DNA of 64,000 nucleotides, from the NCBI GenBank assembly GCA_964646765.1, contig CAZYIA010000003.1, positions 130,815 to 194,814 on the forward strand, written 5' to 3'. Origin of the DNA: an uncultured Candidatus Saccharibacteria bacterium. Lineage in GTDB: Bacteria > Patescibacteriota > Minisyncoccia > Phycocordibacterales > UBA9973. Positions within the stretch are counted from its first letter, which is position 1. Every line of letters starts with the position of its first letter. The translations under genes and the position numbers were made by a program. The notes below the pieces were generated by a model, which was not told where the DNA came from, did not search any database, and was given only the letters and a program-made list of their open reading frames with translations. Positions 9,697 to 19,006 of this stretch are shown one piece after another.

Positions 9697-10572
9697 ATGG
9701 GGATGGAAGGGCCACAAATGCCAGGACAGAGTGGTGGCGACAAAATAAGTCGAGGTGATTTTCTAAAGAAACTCGGCGTATTTGCAGCTGTAGCCGCCAC
9801 AACTCCCGCAACCGAACTTTTTTCTCAATCCAATCAGCAAGAAAAAATTCCAAAAACGTATTTACACGAAACAACCGAGAAATTTGCAAATGGAAAATCT
9901 GTGTATGAACTTCAGAATGAATTACAACAACGGTTGGGAGAATTTTGGCCAATAAGCACTATTAAACTCGTAACAAAACAAATTAATCCAGAGCTCTTTA
10001 CTCAGGATCTTAAGGATATGCATAAAACCTTTGTTGCGATGGGTACTGCACCTGATGGAATGACCACAGGTCCTATGGGTGCACGTATTATGCAAGGGAA
10101 ATCACTATCGGAAGGGCGGCCTTGTGGTGATGGCAAAGTATATAATTACGGCATTGTTATTGCAGGGAAAGACGGAATTACATTTACGCATGCGAACGAG
10201 CATTCTAATGACTTTGATTTGATCTATCAAGACGCTATAAATAAAAAAGAATCCCTCTTCTTTCTTCCAAGCGTGTTTCGTAACGGCGCTTTTATTGCAT
10301 CACAGAAGACATTGGATAAAGTATTAATTCGACGAGACACTCCTAAGGGAGCACAGATCGGGGTTGTTCTCTTTGATAGTTTACTTACTTACGATGATGC
10401 CAGGAAGGAAATTCTGGGATTAGATAGGGCAGGAAAGTCATCCACCACACATATTTATATGCTCGATGGTGGTGGAACGTGGGGACAAAGCTCAAAAGAA
10501 GTAAATGGACAGGTAAAAAAAATGGGAACTCGTGATTTAGACGAGGTGACCAACTATCTTATTTTTGACTAA
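9697..10572 (+). CDS. Hypothetical exported protein with Tat-like leader and LDGGG motif (phosphodiester glycosidase-like)
   Basis: SRGDFLK followed by a hydrophobic stretch; C-terminal MLDGGG. Confidence 0.45.
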   Translation: MGMEGPQMPGQSGGDKISRGDFLKKLGVFAAVAATTPATELFSQSNQQEKIPKTYLHETTEKFANGKSVYELQNELQQRLGEFWPISTIKLVTKQINPELFTQDLKDMHKTFVAMGTAPDGMTTGPMGARIMQGKSLSEGRPCGDGKVYNYGIVIAGKDGITFTHANEHSNDFDLIYQDAINKKESLFFLPSVFRNGAFIASQKTLDKVLIRRDTPKGAQIGVVLFDSLLTYDDARKEILGLDRAGKSSTTHIYMLDGGGTWGQSSKEVNGQVKKMGTRDLDEVTNYLIFD

Positions 10573-10628
10573 AAACCCTTTATTTTTCGGTTTTTACAGC
10601 TGAATTTTGGTTATGTTATACTCTCGCG

Positions 10629-11900
10629 ATGCAGTATAACCTGACAAAACTTGATAACGGTCTACGGGTAATTACGGTACCCATGAAGGATAACCCGACG
10701 GTTACCGTGCTTGTGCTCGTGGCTACCGGAAGTAAATACGAAACTAAGAAGGAAAACGGTATTTCTCACTTCTTGGAACACATGTGTTTTAAAGGAACTG
10801 AAAAGCGTCCAACAGCGCATGACATTTCTGCTGAGCTCGATGCTCTAGGTTCTCAGTACAATGCTTTCACGAGCCAAGAATACACTGGATACTACGCGAA
10901 AAGTGAAGCTCGCCACTTTGCTCAAATTTTTGATGTTGTTTCTGATGTGTATCTTCATTCAACATTCCCTGAAAAAGAAATTGAAAAAGAGAAAGGGGTA
11001 ATTGTTGAAGAAATAAATATGTACGAGGATCTTCCGCATCGTCATGTACATGATTTATTTATGAGTCTGCTCTATGGCGATCAGCCAGCCGGTTGGAACA
11101 TTGCCGGAACACGTGAAAATGTTCGAGCATTCACTCGCGAAAATTTTGTCCGCTATCATGACTCACACTATGTACCTGAAGCCACAGTGGTTATTGTTGC
11201 TGGCCAAGTCGTTGAAGAGGCCGTGCTCACAGAAGTAGAACGAGTCTTCGGTCATAAAAAGCGTGGTTCAAAAGGGAAGAAAGAGAAAGTTATTGAACAG
11301 CAGACTACTCCGCAATTATTGTTGGAATTTAAGCAAACAGATCAAACACATATAGTACTGGGGGTACGAACTTTTGATATTTATGATAAGCAAAATCCGG
11401 TTCTAACGGTGCTCGCCGCCCTCTTGGGTGGGGGAATGTCTTCACGTCTCTTTATTAAATTACGTGAAGAGATGGGTGCTGCTTACTATGTTCGTTCAGA
11501 TAACGACGCCTACACTGATCACGGCGTATTTACTATTTCCGCTGGAGTAACTAACGGAAGAGTAACCGAAGTCATGGAAGGAATTTTAGCTGAATGTGCA
11601 AAATTGAGAGATGAACCCGTGAGTGCTAAAGAACTCTCAAAAGTAAAAGAATATCTTTCAGGAACAATGAAGCTTGAACTTGAATCATCAGATGCCTGGG
11701 CAAGTTACTATGGTGGTCAGGCGGTGCTCGACCGCGATATGCAATCCGTAGAAGAAATAGAGCGGGAAATCCGGAAGGTTACTGCCGAAGAGGTTCAAAC
11801 TATGGCCCAGCGTATCTTTCAGAATCAGAACCTCAATGGCGCGCTCATTGGGCCATTTAAGAGCGAAAAGCAATTTTTGGACGCCCTTAAATTTAACTAA
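10629..11900 (+). CDS. M16 family zinc peptidase (pitrilysin-like)
   Basis: GISHFLEHM (HxxEH), NAFTS.E.T.YY, GGGMSSRLF..LRE motifs. Confidence 0.92.
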   Translation: MQYNLTKLDNGLRVITVPMKDNPTVTVLVLVATGSKYETKKENGISHFLEHMCFKGTEKRPTAHDISAELDALGSQYNAFTSQEYTGYYAKSEARHFAQIFDVVSDVYLHSTFPEKEIEKEKGVIVEEINMYEDLPHRHVHDLFMSLLYGDQPAGWNIAGTRENVRAFTRENFVRYHDSHYVPEATVVIVAGQVVEEAVLTEVERVFGHKKRGSKGKKEKVIEQQTTPQLLLEFKQTDQTHIVLGVRTFDIYDKQNPVLTVLAALLGGGMSSRLFIKLREEMGAAYYVRSDNDAYTDHGVFTISAGVTNGRVTEVMEGILAECAKLRDEPVSAKELSKVKEYLSGTMKLELESSDAWASYYGGQAVLDRDMQSVEEIEREIRKVTAEEVQTMAQRIFQNQNLNGALIGPFKSEKQFLDALKFN

Positions 11901-11987
11901 CCGCAAGATTTTTGGTAGTAAGCCGTCTTGTGTTAGGTAACCCACACCCCATTTTGTCCTAGGGCGTTGTACGGGTATACTAGCCGT

Positions 11988-13055
11988 ATGGGAGAGCATG
12001 AAAAAAGGCAGGTAGTTGCCATTGAAACGAAAACCTTGATTCAGGTGGTGCTCTTCGCTTTACTGGTTTTTGCTATTTTTGCCCTCTCTGACCTTATTCT
12101 TATTCTCCTTACTTCGATTGTTCTCGCCTCGTTTATTGAATCAATCGTTGCTCGTTTTTCACAGTATAAAATTCCTCGATCACTTGTAGTAATTATTGTA
12201 TACCTTGTATCGCTCGGGGTTGTTGTGGGGCTCTTCTACTTATTTGTTCCAGTTTTTGTTGATGAACTTTCTACACTTCTCAATTCAGCGAGTGCCACCG
12301 GAAACGCGGGTATTTTAAGTGGTATTGATAAAAACACAATTTCTTCAACTCGTGATTTTCTCTCAAGTTTATCTGGTGGTTTTTCAGCCTCAGAATTTTT
12401 CTATGGGATCCAAGATTTGGTTTCCGGAGTTTCTGGCGGCCTCTTTGATACAGCAAACTATTTCTTCGGTGGCGTTACCAATCTTATCCTCGTTGCAGTA
12501 ATAACATTCTATCTCTCAATTGAGCCACGCGGTGTTGAATACGTGCTTCGACTTATCACGCCAGCAAAACATGAGTCATATATTAGTAATCTATGGAAGC
12601 GTGCCGAACGAAAAATTGGTCTCTGGCTTCAGGGGCAAATTTTACTGGGGCTTCTCGTGGGTTTTCTGGTATACCTCGGACTTGCACTTTTGAATATTAA
12701 GTATGCATTACTGCTTGCCCTCGTTGCTGCTGTTCTTGAAATTATTCCGTTCGGTATTATTCTCGCTGGTCTATGTGCCTTGGCATTTGCCTATATTGAT
12801 GGGGGAGTAACCGGAGCGGCTAAAGTTTTCTTCTTGTACCTTATTGTGCAGCAGTTTGAAAGCTACTTTATTGCTCCACTCATTGTTAAAAAAGTTACAG
12901 GTGTCTCGCCACTCATGGTTATTCTTTCAGTGCTTGCTGGAGCAAAATTGGCTGGATTCTGGGGGGTAGTTTTGGCGGTGCCAGTAATGGTGTGTATTCT
13001 CGAGTACATTTCTGATGTTGAACGTGGCAGAGCAGAGACTCTCGCGACCGAATAA
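11988..13055 (+). CDS. AI-2E family transporter
   Basis: Multi-pass membrane protein with LEIIPFG, QQFESYFIAP, G.SP...ILSVL.G..L.G.WG motifs; ATG 11988 lies 6 nt after TATACT. Confidence 0.88.
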   Translation: MGEHEKRQVVAIETKTLIQVVLFALLVFAIFALSDLILILLTSIVLASFIESIVARFSQYKIPRSLVVIIVYLVSLGVVVGLFYLFVPVFVDELSTLLNSASATGNAGILSGIDKNTISSTRDFLSSLSGGFSASEFFYGIQDLVSGVSGGLFDTANYFFGGVTNLILVAVITFYLSIEPRGVEYVLRLITPAKHESYISNLWKRAERKIGLWLQGQILLGLLVGFLVYLGLALLNIKYALLLALVAAVLEIIPFGIILAGLCALAFAYIDGGVTGAAKVFFLYLIVQQFESYFIAPLIVKKVTGVSPLMVILSVLAGAKLAGFWGVVLAVPVMVCILEYISDVERGRAETLATE

Positions 13056-13057
13056 GT

Positions 13058-14500
13058 ATGGAGAGTAAACCCTTCTATCTCACTACGACGCTGCCGTACG
13101 TTAATGCCGACCTACACATGGGGCATGCTCTTGAGTTTGTGCGTGCTGATATTATTGCTCGGGCAAAATTGCTTCAAGGCTACGATGTGTACTTTAATAC
13201 TGGCACTGATGAGCACGGCTTAAAAATTTACGAAAAAGCAAAAGAAAAGGGAATAGAGCCTCAGGCTTTTGTTGATGAAAGTTTTGCTCGATTTAAGGAC
13301 TCAACAAAGATTTTTGGTCTTCTTGAAAGCACACATTTTATTCGTACCACTGATCCGCACCATATTGCCGCCGCGCAAGAATTTTGGAAACGTTGTGACA
13401 AGAACGGATATATCTATAAAAAGAATTACAAAGCCAAGTACTGTGTTGGGTGCGAAGAAACTAAAACCGATTCTGAACTGGTAAACGGTGAGTGCCCAAT
13501 TCATCCTGGCCGTGCGCTCGAAACCATCGAAGAAGAAAACTACTTTTTTAAGTACAGTGCCTTTGGTGAAAAACTTTTGACGTTCTACGCGACACGTCCA
13601 GATTTTGTCGTGCCAGATTTCCGCTTTAACGAGATTAAAGCTTTCGTTGAACGAGGCCTCGAAGACTTTTCAATCTCGCGATTGAAAGAAAAAATGCCAT
13701 GGGGGATTCCGGTACCGGGTGATGATCGCCACGTGATGTATGTGTGGTTTGATGCTCTCGTAAACTATATTGCGACACTTGGCTGGCCTGATGAAGGTGG
13801 AAATTTCGAAAAGTATTGGAAGCATGGAACTCCAACGCAATACTGCGGCAAGGATAACCTCCGTTTTCAGTCAGCAATGTGGCAAGCCATGCTTATGGCG
13901 GCCGGGGTACCAAACTCATACCAAATCATTATTAACGGCTTTATAACAGCCGAAGGAGGGGTAAAGATGAGTAAAACGCTGGGTAATGTCGTTGATCCTA
14001 AGGAAATCGCCGAAGAGTATGGCACTGAAGCATTGCGCTTTTTCTTAGCTAAAGAAATTGGTTCGTTTGAAGACAGCCCATTTACAAAAGAGCGATTTAA
14101 AGCGGCGTACAATGCACATTTAGCGAATGGTCTTGGGAATCTCTCATCGCGCATTCTCACGCTTTCAGAAAAATATTTACCTGGATGCCCGTCAATTCCT
14201 GAGAGCTCTATTCCAAAAGAATTTTTTGATCTTCTAAATAGTTTTGAAATTTCTAAAGCCGCCGAGTTTGTCTGGAATGAAGTTCAGGCGCTTGATAAAA
14301 CCATTCAAACAACCGAACCATTCAAGGTGGTGAAAGTAGATGAAGAGAAGGGAAAAGCACTTATTACTGATTTAGTGCTCAAGCTCTACACGATTGCTCG
14401 CATGTTGAATCCAATCATGCCGGAAACAAATGTAAAATTGAAAGCTCTCATTAAAGCAAACAAAAAACCAGAAACTCCGCTCTTCATGCGAAAAGACTAA
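13058..14500 (+). CDS. metG: Methionine--tRNA ligase (short, no C-terminal OB domain)
   Basis: YVNADLHMGH, GTDEHG, YVWFDAL.NY, KMSKT motifs. Confidence 0.95.
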   Translation: MESKPFYLTTTLPYVNADLHMGHALEFVRADIIARAKLLQGYDVYFNTGTDEHGLKIYEKAKEKGIEPQAFVDESFARFKDSTKIFGLLESTHFIRTTDPHHIAAAQEFWKRCDKNGYIYKKNYKAKYCVGCEETKTDSELVNGECPIHPGRALETIEEENYFFKYSAFGEKLLTFYATRPDFVVPDFRFNEIKAFVERGLEDFSISRLKEKMPWGIPVPGDDRHVMYVWFDALVNYIATLGWPDEGGNFEKYWKHGTPTQYCGKDNLRFQSAMWQAMLMAAGVPNSYQIIINGFITAEGGVKMSKTLGNVVDPKEIAEEYGTEALRFFLAKEIGSFEDSPFTKERFKAAYNAHLANGLGNLSSRILTLSEKYLPGCPSIPESSIPKEFFDLLNSFEISKAAEFVWNEVQALDKTIQTTEPFKVVKVDEEKGKALITDLVLKLYTIARMLNPIMPETNVKLKALIKANKKPETPLFMRKD

Positions 14501-15321
14501 TGTCACCAAAACTCTTCGACGTTCATACGCACGTAAATTTCAATCTTTTCAAAGATGATTGGAAAGAAGTGTGTGATCGTGCTGTTTCTGAAGGTGTATG
14601 GCTCGCAAACGTTGGCACACAGCAGGATACATCAAAACGTGCAATTGAGATGGCCGAAGAATATGAGAAAGGAGTGTATGCCATTATTGGTCTTCATCCA
14701 ATCCATACCTCAAAGTCGTATCATGATTTGAAAGAGTTAGGTGAAGGTGGTGCTGAGTTTACGTCTCGCGGTGAGTCATTTCGTGTTGAAGCATATCGCT
14801 CGCTTGCAGAGCATCCAAAAACAATTGCTATAGGGGAGTGTGGTCTCGACTACTATCGTTTAGATACTGAAACGGCCAAAGTACAGCGTGAAGCATTTGT
14901 TGCTCAAATTGAATTAGCCAACAGTGTTAACAAACCACTTATGCTTCACGTGCGCGAAGCGTATCCTGATGCTCTCGCAATTGTAAAAGAATATGCAAAA
15001 GTACAGGCCAATGTACATTTCTTTGCTGGTAATTGGGAAATCGCCAAAACATTTTTAGATATTGGTTGTACGCTCTCATTTACTGGTGTTGTAACGTTTA
15101 CTCACGATTACGATGAAGTAATTAAAAATGCACCCCTTGATCGCATTCTCACCGAAACCGACGCACCGTATATTACGCCAACGCCTTTCCGCGGCCGCCG
15201 CAATGAACCTTCGTATGTGAAATACGGAGCTGAACGCATGGCGCAAATTCGTGGAATGTCGTATGAAGATTTTGCCAAAGCAACAACAGAAAACGCCCTT
15301 ACGTTTTTTAAACTTTTGTAA
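14500..15321 (+). CDS. tatD: TatD family DNase
   Basis: DVHTH, GLHP, IGECGLDYY, ETDAPY, RGRRNEP; follows metG. Confidence 0.9.
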   Translation: MSPKLFDVHTHVNFNLFKDDWKEVCDRAVSEGVWLANVGTQQDTSKRAIEMAEEYEKGVYAIIGLHPIHTSKSYHDLKELGEGGAEFTSRGESFRVEAYRSLAEHPKTIAIGECGLDYYRLDTETAKVQREAFVAQIELANSVNKPLMLHVREAYPDALAIVKEYAKVQANVHFFAGNWEIAKTFLDIGCTLSFTGVVTFTHDYDEVIKNAPLDRILTETDAPYITPTPFRGRRNEPSYVKYGAERMAQIRGMSYEDFAKATTENALTFFKLL

Positions 15322-15322
15322 C

Positions 15323-16093
15323 ATGAACACTTATCAAAAAGAACTCGACGTTGCTAAGAATATTGCTAAACAAGCAGGGAACATAATGCTTGAATACTTC
15401 GACGGTGAGCAAGGTTTGGAACTGAAGGAAGATAATTCATTTGTTACCATCGCTGACAAGAAAGTTAACCAACTGGTAATCAGTGAACTTTCAAAACACT
15501 TTGACGATGTATTGATTGGTGAAGAAGAAAGTACTGGCGGATATGGCATGGGTCGCCGCTGGCTTTGTGATCCTATCGATGGCACAAAAGCTTTTGTATG
15601 GGGTACACCTACCGCGATGTTTTCGCTTGCATTAGTAGTTGACGGAGTACCTACCATTGGTGTTGCGTACGATCCATTTCTCGACAAACTTTATGAAGCA
15701 GTTCTCGGAAATGGAGCATACTGTAATGGAAAACAGATACATGTTTCTACAAAAAATCTTACTGAAGGAGTCCTTGGTGTAATAAGTAGCGTAAAAGGAA
15801 TACTAACGAGGCCAGGGTATTTAGTTTCATTGGCGGAAAAAGGGGCAACATTCGCAACATTTAGCGGCGCAGTGTATAAAGGATGTTTAATTGCGCGCGG
15901 AAAAATTACTGGTTTTCCCAATCCAAGGATAAGTCCTCATGATATCGCAGCGGTGCATGTAATTATCGAAGAGGCAGGAGGGAAGGTTACGGATGTTCTT
16001 GGTAATAAGCTCGACTACAGTAAACCATTCAAAGGCGCTATTCTCTCAAATGGAGTAGTTCACGAAGAGCTGATAGAAGCTTTAAAAAACTAA
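15323..16093 (+). CDS. Inositol monophosphatase family protein
   Basis: VTIADK, GEE, W.CDPIDGT..F, HDIAA...I.EEAGG; ATG 15323 follows the tatD stop. Confidence 0.88.
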   Translation: MNTYQKELDVAKNIAKQAGNIMLEYFDGEQGLELKEDNSFVTIADKKVNQLVISELSKHFDDVLIGEEESTGGYGMGRRWLCDPIDGTKAFVWGTPTAMFSLALVVDGVPTIGVAYDPFLDKLYEAVLGNGAYCNGKQIHVSTKNLTEGVLGVISSVKGILTRPGYLVSLAEKGATFATFSGAVYKGCLIARGKITGFPNPRISPHDIAAVHVIIEEAGGKVTDVLGNKLDYSKPFKGAILSNGVVHEELIEALKN

Positions 16094-16120
16094 AGTAAAA
16101 AATGAAATTATTTTATAACT

Positions 16121-16287
16121 TTACCTGAAGCTGTTTTGAATATACGAACCAGCGAAAACGAACGCTTTCAAACGAAACTGTTTGAGCAAAGCGAGTTTTT
16201 CGTTTGAGTGAGTTTGAGCTTCGTGAGTATTCAGAACAGCTTGGGTAAGAGCTTTTTTCGGTTCCTTTTTAGCGGATAAAAAGGAAC
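16121..16287 (+). repeat. Long imperfect hairpin element plus second hairpin (MITE/REP-like or structured RNA)
   Basis: TTACCTGAAGCTGTTTTGAATAT (16121-) pairs with GTATTCAGAACAGCTTGGGTAA (-16248); inner TCAAACGAAA/TTTCGTTTGA; then GTTCCTTTTT/AAAAAGGAAC 16261-16287. Confidence 0.55.
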
Positions 16288-16294
16288 AAAGGCT

Positions 16295-16323
16295 TTGACA
16301 ATAAGGCCTATTTCTGCTATAGT
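16295..16323 (+). promoter_or_regulatory. Sigma70 promoter for rpsF-ssb-rpsR
   Basis: TTGACA (16295-16300), 17-nt spacer, TGn-TATAGT (16318-16323). Confidence 0.8.
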
Positions 16324-16329
16324 CTTTCT

Positions 16330-16428
16330 GTTCCCGTTCATCCTTGCCTTTGCGCGTAGGATGCCTTGGTCCATAGCGAGAACGTAAAAAGCATTTTTTG
16401 CTGTGCGGGCCAACCCGCATTTTTTATT
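16330..16428 (+). promoter_or_regulatory. Structured rpsF leader with terminator-like hairpin
   Basis: GTTCCCGT/GCGAGAAC and CATCCT/AGGATG stems; TGCGGG-CCAA-CCCGCA followed by TTTTTT. Confidence 0.5.
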
Positions 16429-16448
16429 TACCTAAATTAGAAAATCAC

Positions 16449-16907
16449 ATGGAGAAAGACACACGTGTATACGAACTTGCCTACCTCTTTGTTCCGACAA
16501 TTACGGAAGAAAGTATCACTGGCAAATTCGGCGATTTGAAAGCTCTCCTCGAAAAAAACGGTGCAACATTTATCGCGGAAGAAATGCCAAAGATGATGGA
16601 GCTCGCGTACGAGATGAGCCGTACAATCGCAAACAAAAAGACTTGGTTTGCTAGCGCTTACTTCGGTTGGGTTAAATTTGACCTCGAACCAGCAAGTCTC
16701 GAAGCTATCGAAGAAGTTCTCAAGCGCGATGAAGAAGTTATTCGCTACATGGTTCTCAAAACCGTTCGCGAAAACACTATCGCTCAGAAGCGCACTATGA
16801 GCCGCCCTCCTCGCATGCGCGAAACTACAAGCGCAGAAGGGGAAGTAGCTGCTCCGGTTAACCCTGAAGAAATCGACAAGCAGATTGACGCTCTCGTAAC
16901 CGAATAA
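16449..16907 (+). CDS. rpsF: 30S ribosomal protein S6
   Basis: YELAYL, LAYEM, YFGWVKF, VIRYMV; rpsF-ssb-rpsR synteny. Confidence 0.9.
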   Translation: MEKDTRVYELAYLFVPTITEESITGKFGDLKALLEKNGATFIAEEMPKMMELAYEMSRTIANKKTWFASAYFGWVKFDLEPASLEAIEEVLKRDEEVIRYMVLKTVRENTIAQKRTMSRPPRMRETTSAEGEVAAPVNPEEIDKQIDALVTE

Positions 16908-16962
16908 GGTATACTAGAGAAAGTTTCGCCCCTGGCGAACACTAATAGCTAAAGACACTAAT

Positions 16963-17436
16963 ATGTACATCAACAAAGCAATGATTCTTGGTAACCTGAC
17001 TCGCGATCCGGATCTCCGAGCGCTTCCGTCAGGCATTAAGGTGCTCTCAATGACGCTTGCAACAAACCGTGTTTGGAAAGACCAAGCTGGTCAAAAGCAA
17101 GAAGCATCTGAGTATCACAATGTGGTAGCCTTTGGCAAAATTGCTGAACTTATCGCGCAGTATTCAAAGAAGGGGAGCCAACTCTACGTAGAAGGCCGTC
17201 TTCAAACTCGAAGCTGGGACGATAAGGCAACTGGTGAGAAAAAATACCGTACCGAAGTAATTATTGAAGCATTCCAATTTGGAAACCGCCCACAAACTGG
17301 TGATTCACAGACAAAAGTATGGCGCAAGGAAGACAATAAGAAAGGCGCCGGAACTGCTGAAGCCGAAGAAATGGGAGGACTCGATACGATCGAATACCCA
17401 ACAGAGGAAGTAAATGCCGAAGACATTCCGTTCTAA
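16963..17436 (+). CDS. ssb: Single-stranded DNA-binding protein
   Basis: NKAMILGNLTRDPDLR, VEGRLQTRSW, C-terminal DIPF. Confidence 0.97.
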   Translation: MYINKAMILGNLTRDPDLRALPSGIKVLSMTLATNRVWKDQAGQKQEASEYHNVVAFGKIAELIAQYSKKGSQLYVEGRLQTRSWDDKATGEKKYRTEVIIEAFQFGNRPQTGDSQTKVWRKEDNKKGAGTAEAEEMGGLDTIEYPTEEVNAEDIPF

Positions 17437-17461
17437 TCATTATCAGTAATTTCTGTTTCGC

Positions 17462-17662
17462 ATGAAGCAAGACTACTTTTCATCAAATAACATCAAGTAT
17501 ATCGACTATAAAGATGTTGATATCTTGCGTAAGTTCTTGAATCCAAACGGCCGCATGCTCTCACGCCGCCGCACTGGAGTAAATGCTAAGAACCAACGCA
17601 AACTCACCGAAGCTGTAAAGCGCGCACGATTTATGGGACTTCTCCCGTTCGTAGCGAAATAA
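17462..17662 (+). CDS. rpsR: 30S ribosomal protein S18
   Basis: [34 protein letters not shown]. Confidence 0.96.
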   Translation: MKQDYFSSNNIKYIDYKDVDILRKFLNPNGRMLSRRRTGVNAKNQRKLTEAVKRARFMGLLPFVAK

Positions 17663-17673
17663 AGCTAAGGAAT

Positions 17674-17720
17674 AGAAAAAGCGCTAAGGGTCTGTAAAGA
17701 TCTTTAGCGCTTTTCTGTTT
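17674..17720. terminator. Bidirectional intrinsic terminator between rpsR and ilvE
   Basis: AAAAGCGCTAAGGGTC...GATCTTTAGCGCTTTT hairpin with A/T tracts on both sides. Confidence 0.75.
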
Positions 17721-17738
17721 CGTATCAAAGTAAAATAA

Positions 17739-18791
17739 TTAGTGTAGAGCAATAGCAGAGCGTTCTATTTGGTGTACCCACTGTGCGTTGAGTTCACCTC
17801 TGTATGCTTTACCCATTGTTGTAAAGAAATAATGTGCCCACGAGTCAGGTCCTTTATCTGGAAGCTGATAGGTTTTTTCTCCAATTCGGATACTCTCGCA
17901 TCCCATCGTAGTAACAGCAGACCCTGACGTAAATATCTCGGTTACTGACCCATCTTCCAAACCCTGAATAAGTTCACTAAGAGGGATGGGCCGCTCCTCA
18001 ACAATTAAGTCAGGTCTTTGACGGGCAAGAAGGAGTATATGGTGACGAGTAATGCCATCTAAAATGGTGCCGCAATCTAAGTTTGGGGTAACTAGTTTAT
18101 TACCCTTTACCATAAAGAACGTGGCTGTAGTAAATTCCTGAATTGTTCTATCTTCGTTAAGCCACAGTATTTGGTCGCAACCCAAAGCTTGTGCCAATTT
18201 TTCTGGACCTAAAGCCGCAGCATAATTTCCGATAGCTTTTACCAATCCGGTACCACCTTTGCTGACGCGACTATATTGTAACTCCAGGTGTATTTTTAAT
18301 CTCACCAAAGGTTGTGTATGTAAGGTAGAACCCATAACGGTAAAGTCGAAATTTTCATTTCCGAATACCCCAGGGCTACGTTCCTCGGGAATCATGTTAC
18401 CGATACCTCGACCCAGGGGTCGGAGATATAAGTAGTTGTTGCTACCAGTAGGTATGTAATCCCACACAGCTTGTATGAAGTTTTCTATACCCTCGATAAA
18501 CATTTTTTCAGGTACTTCTGCCATGCCCAGTCGGAACATTCCCCGGTTAAAACGTGGAAAGTGTAGCAGTAGAGCAAAGACGAGAATTACTTCCCGCGTA
18601 GAGTTATGAAGACCGCCACCAACTTTTATCTTGGTTGCTTTTATGCCCTCAAAGATTCCCTGACCGTAATGGTTAACGAACAAGGAAGGTTGTTGAGCAA
18701 GATCTTTTTGCTCAGTAAGTTTGGATTCACTCCAGGAACCATTGCTGTGTTCTGAATGAATTACATTTTGGAAAAAATATCCGAAGCTCAT
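17739..18791 (-). CDS. ilvE: Branched-chain amino acid aminotransferase (PLP fold IV)
   Basis: HYGQGIFEGIKA, LYLRP, GGTGLVKAIGNYAA (catalytic Lys), GCDQILW, TILDGITR. Confidence 0.88.
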   Translation of the reverse strand: MSFGYFFQNVIHSEHSNGSWSESKLTEQKDLAQQPSLFVNHYGQGIFEGIKATKIKVGGGLHNSTREVILVFALLLHFPRFNRGMFRLGMAEVPEKMFIEGIENFIQAVWDYIPTGSNNYLYLRPLGRGIGNMIPEERSPGVFGNENFDFTVMGSTLHTQPLVRLKIHLELQYSRVSKGGTGLVKAIGNYAAALGPEKLAQALGCDQILWLNEDRTIQEFTTATFFMVKGNKLVTPNLDCGTILDGITRHHILLLARQRPDLIVEERPIPLSELIQGLEDGSVTEIFTSGSAVTTMGCESIRIGEKTYQLPDKGPDSWAHYFFTTMGKAYRGELNAQWVHQIERSAIALH

Positions 18792-18960
18792 AGTATTTGG
18801 TTTTCGTTTAACAATTTTTTATTTTCAAATTGAGCCTCACACTAGGAAGCCCGCTCCCGCGCATGTTCTTGGAAGTTCATACGCAGGAGCGGGCCACTTA
18901 GAGAAGCTATTAAAGCCTCATACTCTACATTACTCGAGATTAGCCTGAAGTCAACAAAAA

Positions 18961-18989
18961 ATAAAAAAGGCCTAGAAGGCCTTTTTTAT
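18961..18989 (-). terminator. Intrinsic terminator downstream of efp
   Basis: ATAAAAAAGGCCT-AGA-AGGCCTTTTTTAT. Confidence 0.8.
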
Positions 18990-19006
18990 CAAGCAATATA
19001 AGGGTT

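Noticed and set aside
16121-16420. Minus-strand 99-aa and 60-aa ORFs
   Set aside because: They overlap a palindromic element, the rpsF promoter and its leader, and show no protein features.
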